Source: an uncultured Clostridia bacterium
Lineage (GTDB): Bacteria; Bacillota; Clostridia; Christensenellales; UBA3700
NCBI GenBank assembly: GCA_947246685.1
Contig: CAMXSN010000001.1
Location: 49,837 to 113,836, forward strand
Direction: 5' to 3'
DNA: 64,000 bases
Part shown: positions 50,819-59,965 of the stretch, in pieces
How the letters are laid out: every line of letters starts with the position of its first letter
Numbering within the stretch: position 1 is the stretch's first letter
The notes under the pieces: generated by a model
Told to the model about the DNA's origin: nothing
Seen by the model: only the letters and a program-made list of their open reading frames with translations
Database searches by the model: none
Position numbers and translations under genes: made by a program

Positions 50819-53010
50819 TAGCAAGAGTTATCGTGGATATCAGCAACGGCGAAGTCGATAAGATTTTCGATTACGAGATACCCTCAAATCTAAACGTTGA
50901 GAAAGGCAGCAGAGTGTTGGTTCCTTTCGGTACGAAGAGAATTGAGGGCTTTTGTATTGATAAGGTTCCCTCTTCCGATGTCGCGACGCTTAAAAGCGTG
51001 GAGGGCGTGCTGGACGAATACGTCTGCATAAGCGAGGAAATGCTGGCGCTTATGCGGTATATGAAAGAGAACTTTTATATACGTTACGTAGACTGTTTAA
51101 GACTTTTTATTCCGTCAAAATTGCGCGGCGGCAGAGTAAAGGAACTTACGAGACTTTATCTCAGGCTCAATCCCGCATTCTCATATGACGAGATAGTCGA
51201 CGCGTTGCCCGCTAGGGCGAAAGGGCAGCTTGCAATAATTCAGCGGCTCAAAGACGGCGGAGAATATCTTACTGCGCTTACCAACGAATATTCGGCAAGC
51301 GCGGTCAACGCTCTTGTCTCAAAGGGGCTTATCGTCAAATCGAGCGAACAGGTAGAGCGCAAACCTATGCGGTCGCTTGTCGGAGAGGAGCAGTCGCGGA
51401 AGTTGCGTCCGCAGCAAAAGACCGCGATCGACAGCGTGTTTTCAAACGAAAAGACAGTCACCTTGTTGCACGGCGTTACGGGCAGCGGCAAGACGCTGGT
51501 ATATATGACGGCGATAAGCAAAGTTTTGCAAGAGGGAAAAAGCGCGATTATGCTTGTGCCGGAGATTTCTCTCACGCCGCAGATGTTGAGAAATTTCAGA
51601 GGTTATTTCGGCGACAGCGTGGCGATGCTGCACAGCGGATTGAGCGACGGCGAAAGGTTCGACGAATGGAAAAGATTGCTAAAAGGCGAAGCGAGAATCG
51701 CAGTCGGCGCCCGTTCAGCGATATTCGCGCCGCTTAAAGATTTGGGCTTGATCATAATAGACGAAGAGCACGATTCCAGTTATGTCAGCGAATCCAATCC
51801 CAGATACCGCACGGTCGACGTGGCGGAGTTTCGAGCAAGATACAACGGCGCAAAGCTAATACTGGGCAGCGCAACTCCGTCGATAGAAAGTTATCTTCGC
51901 GCCAAGCGAGGCGAATATAATCTCGCCGTGATGAGCGAGCGTATATCTGACAAGGGCATGCCCGATATACAGATAGTCAATATGTCTCACGAGTTGCTTA
52001 TGGGCAACAGCGGTATTTTTTCCGCTAAGTTGGAAAGCAGTCTCAAAGAAACCGTGAGTGCGGGCGATCAAGCTATGATATTTCTCAATCGCCGCGGACA
52101 TTCCTCGTTCGTAATGTGCAGAAAATGCGGCTACATAGCTAAGTGCAGCGACTGCGACGTTTCGCTTACGTATCACTCGGTCGACAATCAGCTCAAATGC
52201 CATTATTGCGGCAAAAGGTATAAGATGCTTAACTGTTGTCCCGATTGCGGAAGTTTGAACATAAAATACGGCAAGTTGGGTACGCAGAGAGTCGTAGAGG
52301 AAATCAATCGTATATTGCCCGAAGTCAAAGTGCTGAGAATGGACAACGAAACTACCGCGACCAAGACCGCATATTTGGATATCCTCGGCGCGTTTGCTGC
52401 TAAGGAAGCGCAGATACTTGTGGGAACGCAGATGATAGCGAAGGGACATGATTTTCCCGACGTGACTTTGGTAGGGATACTTGACGCTGACATGAGCCTG
52501 TATCATCAGGATTATCGATCCAATGAACGCACTTTTCAGCTTGTAACGCAGGTTGCAGGCAGAGCCGGCAGAAGCGAAAAAGGCGGCAAAGTCATTTTGC
52601 AGACGTACGCGCCGAATCACTATGTGTACCGATTTGCTTCGCGCTACGATTACGAAGGTTTTTTCGGCAAAGAAAATAATGTGCGCCAGACGACGGCTTT
52701 TCCGCCGTATACAACGATAATAAGAGTGCTTATGACATCAGAGAGCGAAGACAAAGTCATCGAGTGCGCAAAGAATATTTACAGGCAGATCAGGGAATAT
52801 GCGGAGAAGAATTCAAGAGAATTTATTTATTTGCAGGCTATGCGTTCGCCGCTTAGCAGGATACAAAATAAATATCGCTATCAGATAATCGCAAGGATAG
52901 AGAGAAATAAAGAAGAGCAAATAATCGCCGAATTTTACGACGTGATAGAAAAAAGCAAGTACAGAGGAGTTTCTGTATTTGCCGAACTCAATCCGCAGAA
53001 TATGGCTTAA
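50815..53010 (+). CDS. priA: Primosomal protein N'
   Basis: [13 protein letters not shown], CxxC clusters, GTQMIAKGHDF, QVAGRAGR. Confidence 0.97.
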   Translation: MIARVIVDISNGEVDKIFDYEIPSNLNVEKGSRVLVPFGTKRIEGFCIDKVPSSDVATLKSVEGVLDEYVCISEEMLALMRYMKENFYIRYVDCLRLFIPSKLRGGRVKELTRLYLRLNPAFSYDEIVDALPARAKGQLAIIQRLKDGGEYLTALTNEYSASAVNALVSKGLIVKSSEQVERKPMRSLVGEEQSRKLRPQQKTAIDSVFSNEKTVTLLHGVTGSGKTLVYMTAISKVLQEGKSAIMLVPEISLTPQMLRNFRGYFGDSVAMLHSGLSDGERFDEWKRLLKGEARIAVGARSAIFAPLKDLGLIIIDEEHDSSYVSESNPRYRTVDVAEFRARYNGAKLILGSATPSIESYLRAKRGEYNLAVMSERISDKGMPDIQIVNMSHELLMGNSGIFSAKLESSLKETVSAGDQAMIFLNRRGHSSFVMCRKCGYIAKCSDCDVSLTYHSVDNQLKCHYCGKRYKMLNCCPDCGSLNIKYGKLGTQRVVEEINRILPEVKVLRMDNETTATKTAYLDILGAFAAKEAQILVGTQMIAKGHDFPDVTLVGILDADMSLYHQDYRSNERTFQLVTQVAGRAGRSEKGGKVILQTYAPNHYVYRFASRYDYEGFFGKENNVRQTTAFPPYTTIIRVLMTSESEDKVIECAKNIYRQIREYAEKNSREFIYLQAMRSPLSRIQNKYRYQIIARIERNKEEQIIAEFYDVIEKSKYRGVSVFAELNPQNMA

Positions 53011-53026
53011 GAAGAGGAGAGAAAAT

Positions 53027-53470
53027 ATGGCTTTGAGAGATATAGTTACGGATCCCAACGAAACGTTGAGAAAGAAATGCCGTCCCGTCGAAATTTTCGA
53101 CGAAAAATTGGGCAGGATATTCGACGATATGAGGCAGACTATGAACCGCGCCGACGGAGTGGGACTTGCGGGACCTCAGATAGGATTACTCAGAAGGATA
53201 GCCGTGGTAGAGGTCGACGATTTTTATATCGAATTCGTCAATCCCGTCATCGTCAAGACGAAGGGTACTCAGGTAGGACCTGAGGGCTGTTTGAGCGTGC
53301 CGGGCAAGCAAAGCAACGTAAAAAGACCATTTAAGGTTACCGTCGAATATCAGGACAGACACGGCAAACATATGTCGGTCACGGCAGAGGGGTTTATCGC
53401 AAGGGCATTTTGTCATGAGATAGATCATCTTGACGGTATTCTCTATTATGACAAAGCAGAGAAAGATTGA
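53027..53470 (+). CDS. def: Peptide deformylase
   Basis: GVGLAGPQIG, EGCLS, HEIDH. Confidence 0.97.
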   Translation: MALRDIVTDPNETLRKKCRPVEIFDEKLGRIFDDMRQTMNRADGVGLAGPQIGLLRRIAVVEVDDFYIEFVNPVIVKTKGTQVGPEGCLSVPGKQSNVKRPFKVTVEYQDRHGKHMSVTAEGFIARAFCHEIDHLDGILYYDKAEKD

Positions 53471-53489
53471 GCGATATTGAGAGGTGAAA

Positions 53490-54422
53490 ATGAGAGTATT
53501 GTTTCTTGGAACTCCCGACTTTGCCGTCAAAGCGTTGGAGAGCATATTGGATAACGGCTATGACGTCATCGGAGTTGTCACTCAACCCGATAGAAAGCGT
53601 AATCGAGGCGAGGTGACGTTCTGTCCCGTCAAACAGTTTGCATTGGACAGGAATATCAAAGTATATCAATACGAAAGCATACGCAAAGAGGGCGCGGAAG
53701 AACTTGCTGCGCTCGCTCCCGATATAATGGTCACTTGCGCATTCGGGCAGATAATAAGTCAGCAGATATTGGATATTCCTCCGCACGGCGTGATAAACAT
53801 CCACGCTTCGCTTTTGCCTAAATACAGGGGAAGCAGTCCGATTCAGTGGTGTCTTGTCAACGGAGAGGAAAAGACGGGAATTACCGTTATGCGCACGGCT
53901 TTGGCGGTTGACAGCGGAGACATACTTCTGCAAAAAGAATTGGATATACTGCCTAACGAAAATGCAGGACATTTATTTGACAGATTGGCGATTCTCGGCG
54001 GACAGGCAATAGTCGAAGCGTTGGAACTTATCGAAAGCGGTCGCGATGAGTACGTTTCTCAAGACGAAAGTTTGGCTACGCATTATCCGATGATCAATAA
54101 AGAAGACGGCAAGATAGATTGGCAGGCGTCCGCAAGAGATATTTACAATAAAATGCGAGGCTTTACGCCGTGGCCGTCGGTATACACGCATCTTGACGGA
54201 AAAATATTCAAGATATTGGACGCGCGCGCGGAAAAAACTCCGGAAGATATGCAAATTTTGCCCGTCGGAGCCGTAAGGACGCGCAAATCAAGCGCGTCTG
54301 TCAAGACGGGCGACGGGGTTTTGACGTTGCTATGCGTGCAGTTGGAAGGTAAGAGAGCAATGGATATAAAGACTTTTATGCTGTCGGGAAAACTAATAGA
54401 CGGCGAGGAGTTTGACCGGTGA
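53490..54422 (+). CDS. fmt: Methionyl-tRNA formyltransferase
   Basis: FLGTPDFA, VVTQPD, INIHASLLPKYRG. Confidence 0.97.
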   Translation: MRVLFLGTPDFAVKALESILDNGYDVIGVVTQPDRKRNRGEVTFCPVKQFALDRNIKVYQYESIRKEGAEELAALAPDIMVTCAFGQIISQQILDIPPHGVINIHASLLPKYRGSSPIQWCLVNGEEKTGITVMRTALAVDSGDILLQKELDILPNENAGHLFDRLAILGGQAIVEALELIESGRDEYVSQDESLATHYPMINKEDGKIDWQASARDIYNKMRGFTPWPSVYTHLDGKIFKILDARAEKTPEDMQILPVGAVRTRKSSASVKTGDGVLTLLCVQLEGKRAMDIKTFMLSGKLIDGEEFDR

Positions 54423-55648
54423 ACGATTTGATTCTGGCGCTGCAAGTGCTGCTCAATATTTATAAGAACGGCGCATTCAGCTCTATTGAACTAAATAAGT
54501 CTGTCAAAGGCGCTAGCAATCAAGCTATGGTCACAAGGCTTGTCTACGGTGTTTTGCAAAAAGACGTTCAGCTCGAATATTATCTTGGAAAAACCGTAAA
54601 AAAGCGTCCGTCGAAGACTGTATGCGTGCTTCTAAAATTGGGAATGTACTGTCTTGTTTACATAGATTCTATACCCTCTTACGCTATTGTCGACAGTTTG
54701 GTCGAAATATGCGGAAAGATCGGGAAACGGCAACTAAAAGGATTCGTCAATGCGGTGCTCAAGAATTTCGACGCGGAAAAAATTGAATTACCCAGCGGAA
54801 ATATCGAGCGTCTAAGCGTGGAGTCTAGCGTTCCGCTGTGGTTGGTGGAAAAGTATTGCGATCAGTACGGATACGGCAAGACCAAAGAATTTTTGACGCA
54901 TGGTCTTTTTACCAAAGAGCATTTGCGCCCCAATTTAAGGAAGTGGAAATTGAGCGATTTGCAGACGTATCTGGATAAAGAGAGAATTCCTTACGCAGTT
55001 AGTCCGCGAGGCGGTTTATACGTAGACAACTGCGCGACTGTCAGAAGACTCAATGAAGAAGGCAAGACTACTTTTCAATCCGCGACGTCTATGGCTGCGG
55101 CTCAGGCTATGGAAGTAAAAGACGGAGAAAGAATTGCAGATTTATGCAGCGCTCCGGGCGGCAAGTCTGTCTATATGAGCGAACTGGCAAGCATAGAGAT
55201 TACCGCTTGCGACGTTCGCGACCACAGATTGGAATTGATAAAAAGCTACGTGTCGCGTATGTCTGCGGAGAGGATAGAAGTAAGGCTCAACGACGGCGCC
55301 GTATATAACGGTGACTTTGCGGGAGCGTTTGACAAGGTTCTTTGCGACGTGCCGTGCAGCGGCTTAGGCGTAGCGGCAAAAAAAGCCGACGTATATTTGA
55401 ACGCCAGCGAGGAAAAAATCAATTCTTTGAGTCGATTGCAATACGATATTTTATGCAATGCGTCAAAATATGCGACCAAGAGGATAGTGTATTCTACGTG
55501 TACGTTATTAAGGGAAGAAAACGAGGATATTGTCGAAAAATTCATCAAAGAGAACGCGGGTTGGCAATTGGTAGAAAGTAAACAGTACTTGCCTGACGGC
55601 AACGGACAGGACGGATTTTTTATAGCGATACTCGATAAGGCAGTATGA
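54419..55648 (+). CDS. rsmB: 16S rRNA m5C967 methyltransferase (Sun)
   Basis: NusB-like N-terminus, DLCSAPGGKS, DVPCSG, VYSTCT, DGFFIA. Confidence 0.92.
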   Translation: MNDLILALQVLLNIYKNGAFSSIELNKSVKGASNQAMVTRLVYGVLQKDVQLEYYLGKTVKKRPSKTVCVLLKLGMYCLVYIDSIPSYAIVDSLVEICGKIGKRQLKGFVNAVLKNFDAEKIELPSGNIERLSVESSVPLWLVEKYCDQYGYGKTKEFLTHGLFTKEHLRPNLRKWKLSDLQTYLDKERIPYAVSPRGGLYVDNCATVRRLNEEGKTTFQSATSMAAAQAMEVKDGERIADLCSAPGGKSVYMSELASIEITACDVRDHRLELIKSYVSRMSAERIEVRLNDGAVYNGDFAGAFDKVLCDVPCSGLGVAAKKADVYLNASEEKINSLSRLQYDILCNASKYATKRIVYSTCTLLREENEDIVEKFIKENAGWQLVESKQYLPDGNGQDGFFIAILDKAV

Positions 55649-56706
55649 TTATGGAAGAGACAAAACTTTTGACAGATAAATCGCTTGAAGAGATTGAGAA
55701 ACTGGCGGCTGATTACGGACAGCCTAAATTTCGGGCGCGTCAATTGTTTGAATGGCTAAGCAAAGGTAAAGATTTCGATGCTATGAGTAATCTTCCCAAG
55801 GCGTTTATCCAAAGTCTTAAGGATGACGGTTATAAGCCTTGCGGCGTGGAAGTTCACAGGCAATTCAAATCCCAAAAAGACGAAACAGTCAAATATATTT
55901 ATAAATTGAACGACGGAAATCTTATCGAGGGCGTGCTGATGAAATATAAGTACGGCAACACGCTTTGCGTGTCCACTCAGGTAGGCTGCAGGATGAATTG
56001 TTCGTTTTGCGCGTCGGGACTTGACGGACTGATACGCAATCTTTCCGCAGGAGAAATATTGGGTCAGGTAATTGCGGTCAACGCGCTTAACGGCGGCGAG
56101 GGCAGTCGAGGCGTGACCAATATCGTGCTCATGGGCAGCGGCGAACCGCTGGATAACTATGACAACGTATGCAAATTTCTTTCTTTGGCGAGCGACGAAC
56201 GAGGACTCAACGTATCCAAAAGAAACGTATCGCTGTCCACTTGCGGGCTGTGCGATAATATCAGAAGACTTGCTGACGACGGTTATTCTCCTACGCTGAC
56301 AATATCTTTGCACGCGCCCAACGACGAAATGCGCAGACAGATAATGCCGATCGCAAAAAAATACTCCATTTCCGATATAATATCCGCCGTTAAATATTAT
56401 TTTGACAAGACGGGAAGGCGAATAATATTTGAATATTCGATGATAGCGGGCAAAAACGATACTCCAGAGTGCGCTAGACAGCTTGCTGACGTTGTCAAAG
56501 GACTTGCCTGTCACGTCAATTTGATACCTCTAAATTACGTCAAAGAGCGAGGTTTGGACGGAAGCTCCAAGAAAGACGTATACAGATTTATGGCAATGCT
56601 GGAAAGCAGAGGTGTCAGCGCGACCGTGCGCAGAAGCATGGGGAGCGATATTGACGGCGCTTGCGGGCAATTGAGAAGGAAGATATTGGAAGATGAAAAC
56701 TTATGA
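55645..56706 (+). CDS. rlmN: 23S rRNA m2A2503 / tRNA m2A37 methyltransferase (radical SAM)
   Basis: CVSTQVGCRMNCSFC, MGSGEPL, ISLHA, GACGQL. Confidence 0.96.
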   Translation: MIMEETKLLTDKSLEEIEKLAADYGQPKFRARQLFEWLSKGKDFDAMSNLPKAFIQSLKDDGYKPCGVEVHRQFKSQKDETVKYIYKLNDGNLIEGVLMKYKYGNTLCVSTQVGCRMNCSFCASGLDGLIRNLSAGEILGQVIAVNALNGGEGSRGVTNIVLMGSGEPLDNYDNVCKFLSLASDERGLNVSKRNVSLSTCGLCDNIRRLADDGYSPTLTISLHAPNDEMRRQIMPIAKKYSISDIISAVKYYFDKTGRRIIFEYSMIAGKNDTPECARQLADVVKGLACHVNLIPLNYVKERGLDGSSKKDVYRFMAMLESRGVSATVRRSMGSDIDGACGQLRRKILEDENL

Positions 56707-57226
56707 GATATTCGACGAGTATTACAGCGCAGATAAGGTTTATTCTCATACCCGTTACGCGGCTCGCGCGGTGATAATGCAGGATGGGCAACTATTCATC
56801 GAGCGCGCGCAAACGCCGCAGGTAATTATGTTGCCGGGCGGAGGAGTAGAGGGCGACGAGGATAATTTTGAGTGCGTTACGCGCGAATGCGCGGAGGAAT
56901 GCGGAATAATTGTCAGACCCGTCGAAGAGCTTTTTAAGATAAAAGAATATTACCGCGACACAGTTTACGACAGCGTATACGTACGCTGTGAGATTGTGGG
57001 AAAGTGCGCGACTGATTTTACAGAAAACGAAAAATCAATGTCGTTGGCAAGCGGTTGGCAAAATTTTGACGCGATATTGGAAGATTTCGATAGAATAATG
57101 GCATTGTATCAAGACGGTGAAGAACTGTATTGCTGTCACAAAAGGGAACTTCTCGCAATACAGCACATATTGAACATTGTTCAGTATGCGGATAATCAAG
57201 CAAAACACAATAAGCCAACGGCTTAA
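56693..57226 (+). CDS. Nudix hydrolase
   Basis: Nudix box GGGVEGDEDNFECVTRECAEECG. Confidence 0.88.
   Translation: MKTYEIFDEYYSADKVYSHTRYAARAVIMQDGQLFIERAQTPQVIMLPGGGVEGDEDNFECVTRECAEECGIIVRPVEELFKIKEYYRDTVYDSVYVRCEIVGKCATDFTENEKSMSLASGWQNFDAILEDFDRIMALYQDGEELYCCHKRELLAIQHILNIVQYADNQAKHNKPTA
57166..57188. repeat. Dispersed palindrome copy 5, extended 23-bp form CATATTGAACATTGTTCAGTATG
   Basis: 11-bp arms with one mismatch; lies in the 3' tail of the Nudix ORF. Confidence 0.8.
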
Positions 57227-57237
57227 AGGAGCGTAGT

Positions 57238-58119
57238 ATCAAAGTCAGAACCAACGGACAGATAATCAAGGGAGTAGGCGGCGTGTATACCGTTGTCACG
57301 CAAGAGGGGCAAACGGTCAAATGCTTTCCCAGAGGCAAGCTCAAGCAGAACGGGGCGCTCTATATAGGCGACTTCGTGGATATCGTGTTGGACAAAGAAG
57401 GGATTATAGAGAACGTGCGCGAGCGCAAGACGCAATTGGTGCGCCCGTTTGTCAGTAACATGGACGGTATCGTCATAGTGCTTGCCCCGACACCAAAGCC
57501 AGACATGATGTTGGTCGATAAATTGATTATAGGCGCGACGGAAAACGGTATACCGCCTATAATTTGCGTAAATAAGGCTGATATGCAGGGCGCGGACGGT
57601 ATAGCGCAGGAAGTTGCCGACGATTATAAGGAAATTGCCGATATACTTGTGATATCTACCCACACAAATCAGGGAATTGATCTGTTAATGCAAAAAATCA
57701 AGGGCAAGTTCATTTGTCTTGCAGGTCAATCCGCCGTTGGTAAATCGTCGTTGATCAATTGTATTTTGGGCGAAAATAAGATGAAAATCGGAGAACTGAG
57801 CGCAAAGTGCGACAGGGGAAAGAATACTACCAGGCACATAGAGATAATTACGATTGACGACGGCACTAAGATTGCGGACACTTGCGGATTCAATAAATTG
57901 GAGATACCGTTGTTTGATCCGGCTGTATTATCCACTTATTATACCGACTTCGATGAATATGCGAAAAAATGTAAGTTCAGATGCTGCAATCACTACAAAG
58001 AGAGCGATTGCGGGGTAAAAAATGCCGTCGAATGCGGCGATATCGCCATAGGACGCTATGACAGATACGTGAGACTGTTTGCTTACGTTGAAAGCCGTTG
58101 GAATAAGAGATACGATTAA
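57238..58119 (+). CDS. rsgA: Ribosome small subunit-dependent GTPase A, probable ATC start
   Basis: NKAD, GQSAVGKSS, RGKNTT, DTCG, C-terminal CKFR.C.H..E..C zinc site; conserved GQIIKGVGG lies upstream of the first GTG (57283). Confidence 0.93.
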   Translation: MKVRTNGQIIKGVGGVYTVVTQEGQTVKCFPRGKLKQNGALYIGDFVDIVLDKEGIIENVRERKTQLVRPFVSNMDGIVIVLAPTPKPDMMLVDKLIIGATENGIPPIICVNKADMQGADGIAQEVADDYKEIADILVISTHTNQGIDLLMQKIKGKFICLAGQSAVGKSSLINCILGENKMKIGELSAKCDRGKNTTRHIEIITIDDGTKIADTCGFNKLEIPLFDPAVLSTYYTDFDEYAKKCKFRCCNHYKESDCGVKNAVECGDIAIGRYDRYVRLFAYVESRWNKRYD

Positions 58120-58134
58120 TTGAACATGGTTCAG
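58120..58134. repeat. Dispersed palindrome copy 6 (TTGAACATGGTTCAG, followed by TATG)
   Basis: Begins right after the rsgA stop codon. Confidence 0.75.
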
Positions 58135-58173
58135 TATGATTATTAATACAAAATAAATAATTAAGGAGCATAT

Positions 58174-58821
58174 ATGAGTATAAAAATTTCACCGTCGATA
58201 CTTTCGGCTGACTTTGCGAATATGGGCGCAGCCGTTTCAAAACTTGCTGATTGGGGAGCAGATTGGGTGCATTGCGACGTTATGGACGGTATGTTTTGTC
58301 CCAACTTTACGTTTGGACCGCCGATGATTAAGGCGATAAGGAAGCACACGCGCTTGCCGCTGGACGTGCATCTTATGATTACCAAACCGGAAAGATATAT
58401 AGACAAGTTTTTGGAAGCCGGTGCGGATATAATCACTTTCCATGCCGAAGCAAGCGAAAGCGTTGAGGAGATAATTGACACTGTTCATAGGCACGGCAAG
58501 CTCGTCGGTTTAGTGCTTAATCCAAATATAGAGGTAAATACAATAGCAAAATATTTGGATATGGTCGATTTGATAATGCTTATGGGCGTATATCCGGGAT
58601 TTTCCGCGCAGAAATTTATACCCGAAACAATGGACAAGATTTCTCAGTTAAAGGATCTTATCGGCGAGAGAAACGTGCAGATAGAATTTGACGGCGGAGT
58701 CAGTGTGGATAACGTCGAGGAAATGGAGCAGCGGGGGCTGAATATCGCTGTCAGCGGCAGTTTTGTTTTCGGAGCGGAAGATCCTCAGAAAGCAATATCA
58801 TCGTTAAAACGGGCAAAATAG
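58174..58821 (+). CDS. rpe: Ribulose-phosphate 3-epimerase
   Basis: SPSILSADF, HCDVMDG.F.PN.TFG, DVHLM, DGGV. Confidence 0.97.
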   Translation: MSIKISPSILSADFANMGAAVSKLADWGADWVHCDVMDGMFCPNFTFGPPMIKAIRKHTRLPLDVHLMITKPERYIDKFLEAGADIITFHAEASESVEEIIDTVHRHGKLVGLVLNPNIEVNTIAKYLDMVDLIMLMGVYPGFSAQKFIPETMDKISQLKDLIGERNVQIEFDGGVSVDNVEEMEQRGLNIAVSGSFVFGAEDPQKAISSLKRAK

Positions 58822-59170
58822 CAATTAATTTACCGATTGTATGCGTCGTCAGGCGGGTAGAAGTGCGGTAAAACGTCAATTTAACGATGATAACGGTAGC
58901 CAGTCAAAGATATAATTTTAATGAAATACGGCGAGCGGCGGTTCGCCGTACGCTAATTAAGCGTTTTTCGTACGGAAGGAAGACGACCGTTCGCTAATTT
59001 AATTTTTTCTTTTGAAAACTCTCAAAAATACCTTGATAAATTTGGGCGGATTAATACAAATAATTCTCATAAAGCCAATACCTCCATGCTTTACTGCAAT
59101 ATATGCGAAGACTTATTGGCGCGTTACCCGAATAATTAAACGTTGTTACCGATTGCGGTAACAGGGCAAT

Positions 59171-59197
59171 AAAAAACACTCTGCTAGCAGAGTGTTT
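59171..59197 (-). terminator. Intrinsic terminator of rpmB
   Basis: AAAAAACACTCTG-CTAG-CAGAGTGTTT. Confidence 0.8.
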
Positions 59198-59220
59198 AAT
59201 AGTCATATATTTTGCTTTGA

Positions 59221-59412
59221 TTAAGCGCGTTCTACAGCGCCGCTGCGCAAACATCTGGTGCATACGTACAGGCTTTGCGTGGAACCGTTGTTGTTGACCA
59301 CCTTAACTTTTTGTACGTTTGCTCCCCAACTTCTTCTATATTTACGATTGGAGTGGCTTACTTTATTTCCGCTTTGTTGTCCTTTACCGCAGATAGCACA
59401 TACTTTAGACAT
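59221..59412 (-). CDS. rpmB: 50S ribosomal protein L28
   Basis: MSKVCAICGK....GNKVSHS.....R.W.AN...VCTRCLRS; SD GGAGG before ATG 59412. Confidence 0.96.
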   Translation of the reverse strand: MSKVCAICGKGQQSGNKVSHSNRKYRRSWGANVQKVKVVNNNGSTQSLYVCTRCLRSGAVERA

Positions 59413-59602
59413 ACTTGATACCTCCATTAAAATCTTGCCTAAATATAATAGCATTCTATTTTGACAAAAGCAAGAGAATAACGCCAACTTTTTCAATTTT
59501 TTTCATAAAATCTTCTTAAATTACCTATAATAAATTGATAGGGGCGCTAAAATACAAAAAAACGCTTGCATATAAAAAGACTTTTTGTTAAAATTACAGT
59601 GT

Positions 59603-59953
59603 ATGGCAGTAAAGACATCTAATTATTACGGTAGAATAATTATTACAGATAAAGCTATATCGATGATGGCGCATTTTGCGGCGGCCGATTGTTACGGCGT
59701 CGTAGATCTTGTGTCGCGCAAATTGAGTGACAGTATCAGTGAGTTTTTTAATAAGTGCCCTTCCGGAAAAGGGGTAAAAATAGTCACTCTCAAAAATAAG
59801 ATTAATATTGAACTTTTCGTTGTCCTCAGAGAGGGCGTAAATATAGATGCCGTGAGTGATTCCATTAAGAGTACGGTAAGATACAACGTGGAGACTTATA
59901 CGGGCATGAGAGTTGACAGTGTGACTGTCAACGTGGTGGGTGTAAAAGTTTAA
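59603..59953 (+). CDS. Asp23/Gls24 family protein (YloU-like)
   Basis: G.I.I...AI....A.A..CYGVV, KGV, VE..TG..V..V.V.V; synteny rpmB-asp23-fakA. Confidence 0.92.
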   Translation: MAVKTSNYYGRIIITDKAISMMAHFAAADCYGVVDLVSRKLSDSISEFFNKCPSGKGVKIVTLKNKINIELFVVLREGVNIDAVSDSIKSTVRYNVETYTGMRVDSVTVNVVGVKV

Positions 59954-59965
59954 TCGGAGATTAGA

